64,000 nucleotides of DNA from an uncultured virus (IMG/VR IMGVR_UViG_3300033120_000711) (taxonomy: Duplodnaviria > Heunggongvirae > Uroviricota > Caudoviricetes). Both the position numbers and the translations under genes were made by a program. Below are positions 28,490 to 37,857 of this stretch, in pieces. Location: IMG/VR virus record IMGVR_UViG_3300033120_000711. The stretch is one strand, 5' to 3'. Position 1 is the first letter of the stretch. Every line of letters begins with the position of its first letter. The notes beneath the pieces are model-generated. The model ran no database searches and was not told the origin of the DNA. It saw only the letters and a list, made by a program, of their open reading frames with translations.

Positions 28490-29578
28490 ATGAAGAAATC
28501 CATAATTACTATTCTGAGCGTTATATTAATAACGCTATTATTTGGTATAGCCCTTGCAGATCCGTGGGAAACTTATAAGAATACTGCGTATTCTAGATCC
28601 GATGTTGTAATCGGTCCTACATTTGATTTTACCACATCTGCTACAGGAACAACAACTTTTACTAACGGCGCTACTATTCCTTCCGGAGAAGTTCTTGCTG
28701 GTGATGTTACTGGCACTGCTTCGAGAATTGCTGTTGGCAGCTTCATTGATACTGCATACGGTTTGAAGAACTCTACGGCAAATAAGGTGCAGATGAATAT
28801 TACTGCTGATAAAGGTCTCGAATTTGGAATTGGTGCAGCAACAGGATCTTTACAGGTGGAAGCTGGTAATGGTATTAAGTTATCCTCGTCTGGTGTTGCG
28901 GTAGAGCCTACCGATATAATAAGTACCTCTTATGGTCTCATGGATAGTTCCGATGATATTAGAATAAATTTAACCCCTAATGCGGGCTTAGAATTTAGCG
29001 CTGTAGCCGCGACTTTAGGTAGTCTCGGCATTAATTTGGATGGCTATAGTTTAGCTCTTGGGGCATCTGGCGTTAAGGTTAACAATACCGACACTATAGA
29101 AGTTGCTGGAATAGTTGCTTCTAGTACGAGTTATTTGAACGATACCACCGTGGGATCTGGCGATGCATTAAGTGTTACTACTGCCGATAAGCTTACTGTA
29201 GCTACCGTTATTGTTCCAGTTTATGAAACATTTTCTTTCCCAATTACGAATCAATCTGTAGATGAGTATGCATTTATTGCTGATGATGCTTGGTGGTTAG
29301 TTAAAGCAGAAGAGGTCCATAGTGTTGCAGGAACGGCAACCGCTCCAACCGCCGCTAACTTGACAATTAGAATATGTGATGACAATGAGGCTCCAAATGC
29401 CGGTATTAATGCTACTACTGCGGTAATTCCCCTGAACGATGCTGTCAACAATATTAATACCGCAAGTTTAAATAACACGAATTCTTTAATTGCTAATGGC
29501 GATATGATTGCTTTTGATTACGCTGGCGATTTGGCGGCAGTTCGAGGAGTTGTAACTTTGACTTTAAGAAGGATGTAA
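28490..29578 (+). CDS. Signal-peptide-bearing fibre-like protein
   Basis: MKK-hydrophobic-ALA signal; repeated GLEF/G.L beta-shaft-like motifs; C-terminal beta-sandwich. Confidence 0.6.
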   Translation: MKKSIITILSVILITLLFGIALADPWETYKNTAYSRSDVVIGPTFDFTTSATGTTTFTNGATIPSGEVLAGDVTGTASRIAVGSFIDTAYGLKNSTANKVQMNITADKGLEFGIGAATGSLQVEAGNGIKLSSSGVAVEPTDIISTSYGLMDSSDDIRINLTPNAGLEFSAVAATLGSLGINLDGYSLALGASGVKVNNTDTIEVAGIVASSTSYLNDTTVGSGDALSVTTADKLTVATVIVPVYETFSFPITNQSVDEYAFIADDAWWLVKAEEVHSVAGTATAPTAANLTIRICDDNEAPNAGINATTAVIPLNDAVNNINTASLNNTNSLIANGDMIAFDYAGDLAAVRGVVTLTLRRM

Positions 29579-29758
29579 GAAAAATCCTTCTTTTAGGTGT
29601 TTTATGAGATTTAAATGGATTGGGCCTGAAAATTGGTTTGTTGGGGATTGTGGCGGAGAGGGAATTAGAATGAGCACTTTATCCAATGGTTATGAATGTT
29701 TAGAATTTAAAGGAAAAATTAAGGGTTGGAAAAAGCGTGGATGGATTAAGGTGATTAA

Positions 29759-29995
29759 ATGAGTATTTGTGATGCAAATACTAGGTTCCGACTTACTCTT
29801 GCTATGTTGGGATCGGTTTTATTTATGGTTGTAGTTGTTATGTTTTTAAGTGCTTTTGGAAAACCTGTCCCGGATTTTGTTAGTGGTGTGGTTCTCGCGG
29901 GATTCATGATTATGTTAAAGGATGCATATGCGAGTTATTTTAAGGCTCGGGAAGATCTTCAAGCTGCAAAAATATTACAGGACACTTCAAGGTGA
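29759..29995 (+). CDS. Two-TM small membrane protein (holin-like)
   Basis: Two hydrophobic helices and a charged C-terminus. Confidence 0.5.
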   Translation: MSICDANTRFRLTLAMLGSVLFMVVVVMFLSAFGKPVPDFVSGVVLAGFMIMLKDAYASYFKAREDLQAAKILQDTSR

Positions 29996-30003
29996 TTATT
30001 TAA

Positions 30004-31836
30004 ATGACTACGTTTGAAAATCCAACTTCTATTGAGTCTCGTGTCGGGATAGCTGTCGAGACCACCGAAGGAACCGCTATGACGGAGCCTTCAATTGAAT
30101 TATTTATGAATGCTGGGTCTGCACCGGATTTAAATTTGGTTGTAGATAATAAAATAAAAATGAAGGCTTTCAATGAGCCGTATAAGAGAAATGAAATTAG
30201 AGGTTATTGGCATACTGAAGGTAATTTACCGGGTCTTAAATTTTCTCCTACAAATGGTATCCCTGAGTTTTTAGGAGTCGGATTTGGAAATCCTTGGTAT
30301 AATAAGCAGGTTTATACTCTCACGTTAGAAGCAGCAGGCGGGCTTCTTTTTAAAAGAGGGGATAAAATATTTGGAAAAACTTCTCTTGCAAGGGCAGAGG
30401 TTGCTAGAGTCGTGGGAGATGTTCTTTGGCTTATTGGCGTTCAGGGTACTTTTGATTCTGGTGGAAATGAAGATCTTTTAACTTGTCCCGGAGGAACCGA
30501 CTGGAATACGGATACTTTAGTTACAACTCCCGGATTTGCTGCCGTTTCTGGTTATTATTGTCATAAAATGGATGCGGTAAGGAATACTTCTAACGCAGGA
30601 GTAGTTGGGGTTCACACCACTGCAACTCAGGCGTGCCTTATGGATCAAATGCAGGATTTTTCTGAGTTTGGCGTATCTACTGGAAAGAAAAAGGTTTTTG
30701 TAACTGTAAAAGATGCCACTTCTGGAACTCCCATTCCGATATCTGGTTGGATGGGCGCTCCTATAATGGGTATTAAATTTAAAACCGGAACCGCTACGTT
30801 TACGGTTGGAGCAAAATTATCCGCTAAAACAGGTGGCGGGTCTGCTGTAGTTATAGGAGATATTATTGGATTCCGTGTCGATACTGGAACTTGGGCATCT
30901 GATGCCGCAGGAATCGTATTTGTTACGATGGATACAACTGCTCGCGCAGTTGTTGATGCCGATGTTCTTACTGATGATCATGCTGTAACCCCCGGTGCGG
31001 CTGTTGCAGATCAGGCGGCTATTCCGGCATATCTTAGTAATGCGGTAAAAATTTATAATAACGCCGATACATCTGGTTCAGCTCAGTCTTGGAATGGAGA
31101 TGTTACGACCTTTGACGAGACCGATACTTTAACTTATACTGCAATTCAGAGGACGTTCGATCAGAAGTCTCTTTCAGTGTTTGTTAAGGACGCAGGAGAT
31201 AATACTAAGGTTGGATACGGAACTAAGGTTAAAGAAATTAGCTTTGATATAACTGCCGATTCGTTTGCTTATACCGTTGGTCTACTTGGAAGAAATCTTC
31301 AATATCCGACAACCGAGCCTGCGTATCCGGGTGGCTTAACCGATTCTTCTCCGTTTGGTGCATCTTCCAGAACCTTTGAAATTGATGGGTCCTCTTCTGG
31401 TCAGGCGGCTCAGGTAAATAAAGCTAGAGCAAGCTTCACTTGGGACTTTGCTCCTGGAAAGGGAGTTGTAATTTCTGAGAATTATCCAACTACCTTACAG
31501 CCGACAACATATAATATTGTTGGAACTCTTGATGTTCAGTGGAAAAATAATGCTTTAATGAAGGCATTTTGGAATAATCCTTCTGGAAATGTTCCCGCTG
31601 CTGGTACTTTAATTTCAAAAAGACTATCTTTTATCTTAGACAGTGGAGATGTAGTTGCTACAGGATATAACAAGATTCTCTCCATTGAGCTTCTTGGTAC
31701 TATTGATTCTGCAACTCTTAACAGAGATCAAGACGGCTACATACAGCCTACTACAATTGAGGGTTACATGAACGATAGTACTTATGTTTGGGGTCCCGCA
31801 AGATTCTATGTGTTTGATGCAACTGCCACACACTAG
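30004..31836 (+). CDS. Major tail (tube) protein with inserted domains
   Basis: N-terminal GIAVETTEGTA motif of tube proteins; C-terminal tube-like beta strands; followed by a hairpin and T-run, then chaperone genes. Confidence 0.7.
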   Translation: MTTFENPTSIESRVGIAVETTEGTAMTEPSIELFMNAGSAPDLNLVVDNKIKMKAFNEPYKRNEIRGYWHTEGNLPGLKFSPTNGIPEFLGVGFGNPWYNKQVYTLTLEAAGGLLFKRGDKIFGKTSLARAEVARVVGDVLWLIGVQGTFDSGGNEDLLTCPGGTDWNTDTLVTTPGFAAVSGYYCHKMDAVRNTSNAGVVGVHTTATQACLMDQMQDFSEFGVSTGKKKVFVTVKDATSGTPIPISGWMGAPIMGIKFKTGTATFTVGAKLSAKTGGGSAVVIGDIIGFRVDTGTWASDAAGIVFVTMDTTARAVVDADVLTDDHAVTPGAAVADQAAIPAYLSNAVKIYNNADTSGSAQSWNGDVTTFDETDTLTYTAIQRTFDQKSLSVFVKDAGDNTKVGYGTKVKEISFDITADSFAYTVGLLGRNLQYPTTEPAYPGGLTDSSPFGASSRTFEIDGSSSGQAAQVNKARASFTWDFAPGKGVVISENYPTTLQPTTYNIVGTLDVQWKNNALMKAFWNNPSGNVPAAGTLISKRLSFILDSGDVVATGYNKILSIELLGTIDSATLNRDQDGYIQPTTIEGYMNDSTYVWGPARFYVFDATATH

Positions 31837-31860
31837 GCTAAAGTCTAGTGTCGTTTTTTT
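31830..31860 (+). terminator. Hairpin plus T-run after tail tube gene
   Basis: ACACTAGGC / GTCTAGTGT followed by CG and T7. Confidence 0.55.
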
Positions 31861-31905
31861 CTAATAGAAATATTTAAATATTATAACGTTAATTCTTAAT
31901 AAAAT

Positions 31906-32472
31906 ATGTTTTCTTTTCGGAGGATGTTTATGAAGACAAGTAGGATGCTTTTTTCGCAAAAAGAAGATCTTCAGTTGAATGAGGATACGAAAATAATTCT
32001 GATGAAGCCGGGACAGGATTTATATCTTAGATTTGCGCCGAAACTTGAAAAGGTAATGAAAATTTTGTTTGGAAAGAAAGAGGGAGATTCTATTTTACCC
32101 TGGACCGAGAACGAAGAGGAATATAATTATGTTAATAGTGTAATTAAACCTATTCTGATTTATTCTATAAGAAATCCGAACGATTATAAGAAGAGACTTC
32201 TTGTAGATAGTAACCAAATTCCCGGACCAGATCAAGAATATTATGACGATTTTAATCCTGTTCTTGACGCTAAAATCCTTGAAAGTCAGGGATTTTATAA
32301 GAATGCAGACGAAAACACAAGAATTTTTACTCCACAACTAACCCTATTCTTTATTGTGCTTCGTAAATCTGGGTGGATGTCTGCGGACGAAGATACGGAC
32401 GTTAAAGATGTAGAAACCTTTCCTAAAAAGCCCAATGGGAACGAAGAAACTGTTAATAGCGAAGCTGTATGA
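31906..32472 (+). CDS. Tail assembly chaperone (G-like)
   Basis: Directly after the tube gene; overlaps a +1-frame ORF at ACC-TTT-CCT. Confidence 0.6.
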   Translation: MFSFRRMFMKTSRMLFSQKEDLQLNEDTKIILMKPGQDLYLRFAPKLEKVMKILFGKKEGDSILPWTENEEEYNYVNSVIKPILIYSIRNPNDYKKRLLVDSNQIPGPDQEYYDDFNPVLDAKILESQGFYKNADENTRIFTPQLTLFFIVLRKSGWMSADEDTDVKDVETFPKKPNGNEETVNSEAV

Positions 32473-32722
32473 TTTAAGACCTTCAGAGGTTATTGATCCT
32501 TTTTATGAATGCTCCTTATTGATAAGGGATGAAATTGACATCTCATATAAAGTTATTCATGAAAAAAGAATTATAAGTATTCTTAAGGGTGAAACTTCAG
32601 TAACTGGAGAAAAGCCAATTCCAAAAGATCCATATCCGAGGCCACAACATTGCGACTCAAGTATTTTGACGAAGGGAAGCAAATTCCTGAAGAAGATGGC
32701 CCGCGATGCGGGATGGATTTAG
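32420..32722 (+). CDS. Tail assembly chaperone frameshift extension (T-like)
   Basis: The +1 frame opens at 32414; AK.Y..RPSE motif typical of chaperone extensions. Confidence 0.55.
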   Translation, partial: FLKSPMGTKKLLIAKLYDLRPSEVIDPFYECSLLIRDEIDISYKVIHEKRIISILKGETSVTGEKPIPKDPYPRPQHCDSSILTKGSKFLKKMARDAGWI

Positions 32723-34431
32723 TTAAATCTGTTGATAAAGTTATCAACGATGAAACGATGGATGCAGCTACTCGATTGTATGAGGAAACTTATAATTCAT
32801 TTTATCTTTTTGTAGAGAAAATTTTTTCTTTGGCTATTAAGGAAAAATACGGTAAGTATGTAGGCGGAGAATATATAAAAAGAAGTTGTGATTTTTTACA
32901 AAATAATAAGAGAACGATGTATTGTGGACCCAGATTGCATTACAAAAGTTTGAGATTTTATTGCTACATTGCTTGGCTTGTTTGGAAAAATAAGAAGGAT
33001 AAAAAGAATTTAGATATTGCATATATTTCATATAATCAGGATTTATCTGGATCTCACGTAGGAAAATTAAAAGAATTGATAAGTAACTCATTTTTCTTTG
33101 CCGAGGGATTATATGATGAATACTCTACGGCTACGTCTAAAGCTGAATATAGGTGGAAAGATTCAAATGAAAAGTCTTTAGAACAATCTCCGCATATTAG
33201 TATAAACTGTTATAGTATTATGGGGGCTATAAGAGGTTTACATCCTACTCATATCTTAGTAGATGATTTTTATACGGATGAAGATAGACAAAATGTGGTT
33301 TCTGTCGAGCCAGAAATCATCAAAAAGATAAATAGATTGTTTAGAAAAGTTGTTCTTCCTATGCCTCTGCCGGGTGTTGGGGAACTACATCTAATAGGAA
33401 CTCCCCAGTCTTACGCCGATCTTTGGTATCAAAAAGAATTTTATAAGACGAGTGAAGATGATGAAGAGTCGGTAAGATTCAACGTAAGATTAGAACCCGC
33501 GATTACTTCATACGACTGGGAAACTAGGACTTTCAGACCCGGAGAAGAAAAGAAGGCTCTTTGGCCCGAAATGTTTTCTTTAAAGTATCTGGAAGAACAA
33601 GGAACCATTATGGCTCCTCAAGAGTGGGCACAGGAATTTTTAGTGTGTCCGAGGTCGATCTCAGATTCATTCTTTGAAGAAGATAGAATTGATGATAGCA
33701 TCAGATTTGGGAGAGAAAGTGGGTTGGTTAATTATGCTGATCCTTCAAGATATAATACTTTTAATATCAATGATTGGTTTGGTTACAAAATATATGGTGC
33801 ATATGATCCTGCAAAAAGTCGCGATCCAGCACATTTTACGGTTTTTGCGTATAATAATGGAGTTTTAACACAATTAGTAAGTAAATGGTTCGATAAATGT
33901 GATTATAGCTTTACAATGGTAGGCAAACCTTCCCAGTTTAAATATATAAAAGATGCAGTAGAGCATTTTAATATTCAAAGAATATGGGGAGATAACACTA
34001 ATTCAGTATTAACAACTGCTATTGAACAAGGAGAAATTCCAGGGCTTACTGAAGTTAAGATTTCTCATAGTTTAAAGGGAAAATTAGCAATATCTTTACA
34101 AAAACATTTAGGGAAGCCAAGTTTATTATTATTAGATGATGACAGGCAAAAAAGAGGGTTTCTTGCGATTCAGAATAATGGATTAAAGGCAATCCACAGT
34201 AAAGATGGGCATGGTGAACCCCTAACGAGTTCTGGGCTAGTCACGGTTAACGTCTTGGACGCAGGGAATGGAGACAGCGTAAGACGTATAAAAATAAAAA
34301 CAGACCGCGATAAGATACCTAAGTATTATCGCGGATACTTTTTAAATCGCGGAGCATCCGTTTCTCAAAGGACAGATTTACCATTTAATAATTTTAGGAC
34401 TAAGAGAAATCTGATGAGCAGGTTGATGTAA
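32713..34431 (+). CDS. terL: Terminase large subunit
   Basis: Walker A-like PRLHYKS, IRG.HP..ILVDD Walker B, IGTP coupling motif, QEF, YDPA nuclease motif. Confidence 0.9.
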   Translation: MDLVKSVDKVINDETMDAATRLYEETYNSFYLFVEKIFSLAIKEKYGKYVGGEYIKRSCDFLQNNKRTMYCGPRLHYKSLRFYCYIAWLVWKNKKDKKNLDIAYISYNQDLSGSHVGKLKELISNSFFFAEGLYDEYSTATSKAEYRWKDSNEKSLEQSPHISINCYSIMGAIRGLHPTHILVDDFYTDEDRQNVVSVEPEIIKKINRLFRKVVLPMPLPGVGELHLIGTPQSYADLWYQKEFYKTSEDDEESVRFNVRLEPAITSYDWETRTFRPGEEKKALWPEMFSLKYLEEQGTIMAPQEWAQEFLVCPRSISDSFFEEDRIDDSIRFGRESGLVNYADPSRYNTFNINDWFGYKIYGAYDPAKSRDPAHFTVFAYNNGVLTQLVSKWFDKCDYSFTMVGKPSQFKYIKDAVEHFNIQRIWGDNTNSVLTTAIEQGEIPGLTEVKISHSLKGKLAISLQKHLGKPSLLLLDDDRQKRGFLAIQNNGLKAIHSKDGHGEPLTSSGLVTVNVLDAGNGDSVRRIKIKTDRDKIPKYYRGYFLNRGASVSQRTDLPFNNFRTKRNLMSRLM

Positions 34432-34461
34432 CGGTTTTATTTCCACGAGAACAATTACAGT

Positions 34462-34490
34462 TGAACTATTAGTTAAACTCTAATAGTTCA
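34462..34490. terminator. Inverted repeat between convergent genes
   Basis: TGAACTATTAG (34462-34472) / CTAATAGTTCA (34480-34490). Confidence 0.5.
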
Positions 34491-34937
34491 CGCCTCAGCA
34501 GCTTCCGTTCCTGCATCAAAAATTATTTGTTCTTCTTCTGTTAAAACTTCTCCTGCGGCCACCTTTGCAGCAATCATTTCGAATTTCTTCTTCCTTTTTT
34601 CGTCTTCAACTTTTGATTCTGCGGAATATTTTTTTACAATCTTGGCAAATAAACCTTCTTCGGTTTTTCCTGCTTCTTTCTTGTTTCTTATCTGTTCGTA
34701 AGTTGCTAAAATTTTATTTAGATTTCCATATTGAAGCATTTTTTTATGTTGAATCTCAAAGTTATTTTCATCTGTATCTAAATCATGACCAATGTTTAGT
34801 GTTCTCCAAACCATATCTATATATAATATTTCAGATATATCTATATTTTTGTCTTCTTTTTTGAGAATACCTAATTTAATACCGCGTTCCTTTGTTCTTT
34901 CTATATTTTGAAAAATTATGTTATCTAATACTGGCAA
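34488..34937 (-). CDS. Hypothetical helical protein
   Basis: 149-aa ORF with GGAGTGA RBS. Confidence 0.55.
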   Translation of the reverse strand: MPVLDNIIFQNIERTKERGIKLGILKKEDKNIDISEILYIDMVWRTLNIGHDLDTDENNFEIQHKKMLQYGNLNKILATYEQIRNKKEAGKTEEGLFAKIVKKYSAESKVEDEKRKKKFEMIAAKVAAGEVLTEEEQIIFDAGTEAAEA

Positions 34938-34942
34938 TCATA

Positions 34943-35317
34943 TCACTCCTTTATTCTTAACATAAAATCTTTATAAGAAAATTGTTTTTTTCTTTTTGTT
35001 TTAGTTGAAAATCTTCCAGGATATTTTATATCTAATGATTTATAATATCCGGTAGAATCCCAATATCTTTTTTCTCCATAACTTTTAGCATACGATTCTG
35101 GATATGCATCCTCGTATTTTATTTCAAAATAAGAAGATAAGATGTAATCGATTAACGCAGATCTTTTATTTTCTGGGACTATTTTTGAAATTTCTTCTAT
35201 AAGTACATTATTCAATGTTAACGTTTTGGGGCCTTTTCTTTTGGGTTTAGATTTGGATGGATTTGCTCTTGAAGGAGATATCCATCCATTTTTAGCTATA
35301 CAATCTTTAAACTTCAT
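34943..35317 (-). CDS. Ribbon-helix-helix-like DNA-binding protein
   Basis: KTLTLN...EI....NKRSALIDYIL; GGAGG RBS before ATG 35317. Confidence 0.5.
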   Translation of the reverse strand: MKFKDCIAKNGWISPSRANPSKSKPKRKGPKTLTLNNVLIEEISKIVPENKRSALIDYILSSYFEIKYEDAYPESYAKSYGEKRYWDSTGYYKSLDIKYPGRFSTKTKRKKQFSYKDFMLRIKE

Positions 35318-35495
35318 TTTCCTCCAGATTCCATTTATTTGGTCCCGTATAATTAGGATACGCATCTTCATAATTTATTCCAAAATAATTAGATAATACT
35401 TTATCGGCGTAAGCATTAAAGTCTGTAGTATTATTTAATTTTTCTTGGACTAAAAAATTAAGATGAACGGTAATTTGTTTAGTATATTCAGACAT
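35307..35495 (-). CDS. Ribbon-helix-helix-like protein
   Basis: KQITVHL...FNAYADKVL; shares YF.I.YEDAYP with its neighbour. Confidence 0.45.
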   Translation of the reverse strand: MSEYTKQITVHLNFLVQEKLNNTTDFNAYADKVLSNYFGINYEDAYPNYTGPNKWNLEENEV

Positions 35496-35540
35496 TAAAT
35501 TAGTAATGAATATAATAATATATAAACATTGCGCTTTTTA

Positions 35541-35561
35541 TTTAATTCATAATTTTAAAAT
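35541..35561 (+). promoter_or_regulatory. Conserved late-gene motif, copy 8
   Basis: TTTAATTCATAATTTTAAAAT; ATG 35595 lies 34 nt from motif end. Confidence 0.75.
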
Positions 35562-35594
35562 ATAGTTTGTTCTAATCTGTTTCTTTTCTATGGC

Positions 35595-35825
35595 ATGAGG
35601 AAGATTATTAAGGTTCGATGGCCCAAAAAGAGGAATTTAAATAGTTCTATTTTAAAAACTTTTAGAAACTATATAATTTGTAAAAATAATCCTGGAACAA
35701 AATGGTGGTTTAACGAGGTAATAATTGGAGAAGCGGAGCAGAGCCTCGATCTCCAAGAAGCAAATCGAGGATTAATTTTTACTAATTGGGATTTTTATGT
35801 CTCTACAAAAGGGTGGATGGTATAG
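35595..35825 (+). CDS. Hypothetical protein
   Basis: ORF at the standard distance from the late motif. Confidence 0.45.
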   Translation: MRKIIKVRWPKKRNLNSSILKTFRNYIICKNNPGTKWWFNEVIIGEAEQSLDLQEANRGLIFTNWDFYVSTKGWMV

Positions 35826-36005
35826 GGGAGGAGTTAGCCGTTGGAGAAGCGAGATTTTTGTTAATGAAGAAGGGAAATTAGAAGAGATTAACTTTGTCGA
35901 GGTTTTAGATTTTGATTCGATATATTATAAGGAGTATTTGGAGTGGTGGTCTAAATTGGCAATTGAAGCTGAAATGTACGAAGTTTTGAGTGGGATATAA
36001 TTATA

Positions 36006-36026
36006 TTTAATTCATAATTTTAAAAT
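36006..36026 (+). promoter_or_regulatory. Conserved late-gene motif, copy 9
   Basis: TTTAATTCATAATTTTAAAAT; portal ATG lies 35 nt from motif end. Confidence 0.75.
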
Positions 36027-36060
36027 ACGTATTTAATTGTTATGAGAGTTTGGAGGAAAG

Positions 36061-37365
36061 ATGTCTAATTTTAAAGGAAAGAATGAGAGCAAATTAGAAA
36101 CCAGAGTTCTTAACCAAACCGTAAGCGATAGAGATCTTATTCTTGCTTCTTTTAATCCTCTTGTGGAAGCCCTTTGTAATACAACAGTTCAAATGATTTT
36201 TTCTAAGCCTTTTTATCATGTTGTGAGAGGAAAAGATAAAAAGATAGATAGAGAATTAAGTGAGCAAGTTGGAGATATTTTTGATAATATTAATTATATA
36301 GAACATGCAATGGTAGCCACTGGAGACGCATTTGATTATGGTCCAGGGCAATTTGAATTATCTATGAGTCAAAACCCTGAGACGAAATGGGTCGAATTTG
36401 ATGCTGCCTCTCGTAGGCCCGCAGATACTTTTAAGCATCCCAAAAACTCTAAAATTGTTTCTACGAGCCAAAGATGGAAAGGAATTTATGAAGTTGATGG
36501 GATAAAATACTTCGACCAGACCATTGATGGAACAAAAGTAGTTTCTTTAGATCCTAAAAGAATGTTTCACATGACTCCAAATGGAGCTAAATTTCCAGAC
36601 GGACCAGGACTCACAGAAATGTTAATTCCATTCCTTGATGGTTGCCAATTTGCGTACAATATGAGTTTTGTAGTCATGGCAGAACAATTAAACCCAAAAG
36701 AATTACAAATAACTGATGAAAATTTACCTGGTACAGGAGAAATAGTTTCTAATATATTAACTTCAAATAATGGAATAGAAAAATATCCGTTACCTCCTAA
36801 TGTTACTATGAATTATCCTCAATATAAAGACCGAGAGGATGTTCATAAATTTTTCAAATTTTATGAACAAATTATGTATCGGATAGTGTATCCCATAGCT
36901 TGCCTAACGTCTTCTGACGGCGGCGGCGGGATTTTGGACAACTCAAGTAATATTGTGAAATCTCAAATTTTTTATGATCACATCTCCTCATGGCGATCTA
37001 AGGTTGCTAGGGGAACCAATCCTCTTGGAAATTATTTATTAGATACCAATGGTTGGAAGAAAAAGGGGTATAAATACGAGCTAATCCCAGCCCCAATAGC
37101 TGCCCGTGATATCGAAATTGAGGGTAAAATTATGGAATCCGCTGTAACAAATGGCAAAGTAAGTACTACAGAATATCGTGCTTGGCTAAATTCTGTAGTT
37201 CAAGGTTTGCGTTTAGAGTCAGAGGATTTTGAAGAACAAATTCAAGAAGGAAAAAAAGTTCAAGCTCCAATAAGTGAAAACATAAAAAACAAAATGCAAA
37301 AAATAGAAAAAGGAGCAGATCCGAGTTCTACTATTGAGGAAGTAATTGCTCGGAGAGTTGCTTAG
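36061..37365 (+). CDS. Portal protein
   Basis: 434 aa; A..YG...FE, P.G.GL, G.....E.R.WL portal-like patterns; near terL; no other portal candidate in the window. Confidence 0.7.
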   Translation: MSNFKGKNESKLETRVLNQTVSDRDLILASFNPLVEALCNTTVQMIFSKPFYHVVRGKDKKIDRELSEQVGDIFDNINYIEHAMVATGDAFDYGPGQFELSMSQNPETKWVEFDAASRRPADTFKHPKNSKIVSTSQRWKGIYEVDGIKYFDQTIDGTKVVSLDPKRMFHMTPNGAKFPDGPGLTEMLIPFLDGCQFAYNMSFVVMAEQLNPKELQITDENLPGTGEIVSNILTSNNGIEKYPLPPNVTMNYPQYKDREDVHKFFKFYEQIMYRIVYPIACLTSSDGGGGILDNSSNIVKSQIFYDHISSWRSKVARGTNPLGNYLLDTNGWKKKGYKYELIPAPIAARDIEIEGKIMESAVTNGKVSTTEYRAWLNSVVQGLRLESEDFEEQIQEGKKVQAPISENIKNKMQKIEKGADPSSTIEEVIARRVA

Positions 37366-37690
37366 GATATAGACATTTAAAGAAGTCTTTTATGTTTTGT
37401 TTTATCTTTCTTGTTTTGTTAAATTGTCTGTAATTACAATCATAACAAAGAAAACGATAAGATCTTTTTCTGTCCTTGTAAGCTCCAATGACGTATCCAA
37501 ATCTACTGTATTGTAACTTCAATTCAACATTCCATTTTTTTACATCTAGCTCTCTCTCATATTCATATTCATCTTCTAATCTTGGATTATATTCCTCTTC
37601 ATACTCTTCTAAGTGTTCACAATTTCCACAAGGATGATATTCTGGAAGCCAGAAAGTTTTACCAGAACGTACATTTGTTATAAATGAAAT
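37331..37690 (-). CDS. Zinc-finger protein (CGNC...CYDC), probable ATT start
   Basis: Frame open from ATT 37690, 5 nt after AGGTGA, with an in-frame TAG immediately upstream. Confidence 0.5.
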   Translation of the reverse strand: MSFITNVRSGKTFWLPEYHPCGNCEHLEEYEEEYNPRLEDEYEYERELDVKKWNVELKLQYSRFGYVIGAYKDRKRSYRFLCYDCNYRQFNKTRKIKQNIKDFFKCLYPKQLSEQLLPQ

Positions 37691-37857
37691 CTAAATCACC
37701 TTTTAATTTTAAAATCTATTTTGCTCGTCAATTTCTTTTTCCATTTCTCTTTCTACCGCTTCTAAATCTTCACCTAAGTTTATAAGAGCAAGTTTTGCTA
37801 ATTCTCTTATATACTTCTCGTTATCATATGGATGATAAGCGATAAGATAAAGAATTT

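Noticed and set aside
35595..36000. Overlapping ORFs 35595-35825 and 35797-36000 as a programmed frameshift
   Set aside because: No convincing slippery site or recognisable family; could be two small genes or a broken gene.
3142..36026. 21-bp repeated motif or Cas4-like gene as a CRISPR system
   Set aside because: Copies are dispersed upstream of genes rather than arrayed with spacers; stand-alone Cas4-like nucleases are common in viruses.
37691..37699. Stop-codon recoding (GTG-ATT-TAG here; ATG-ATT-TGA at 60140-60132)
   Set aside because: All three stop codons end genes normally elsewhere, no suppressor tRNA was seen, and the upstream NTG lies within the RBS, so near-cognate initiation is simpler.
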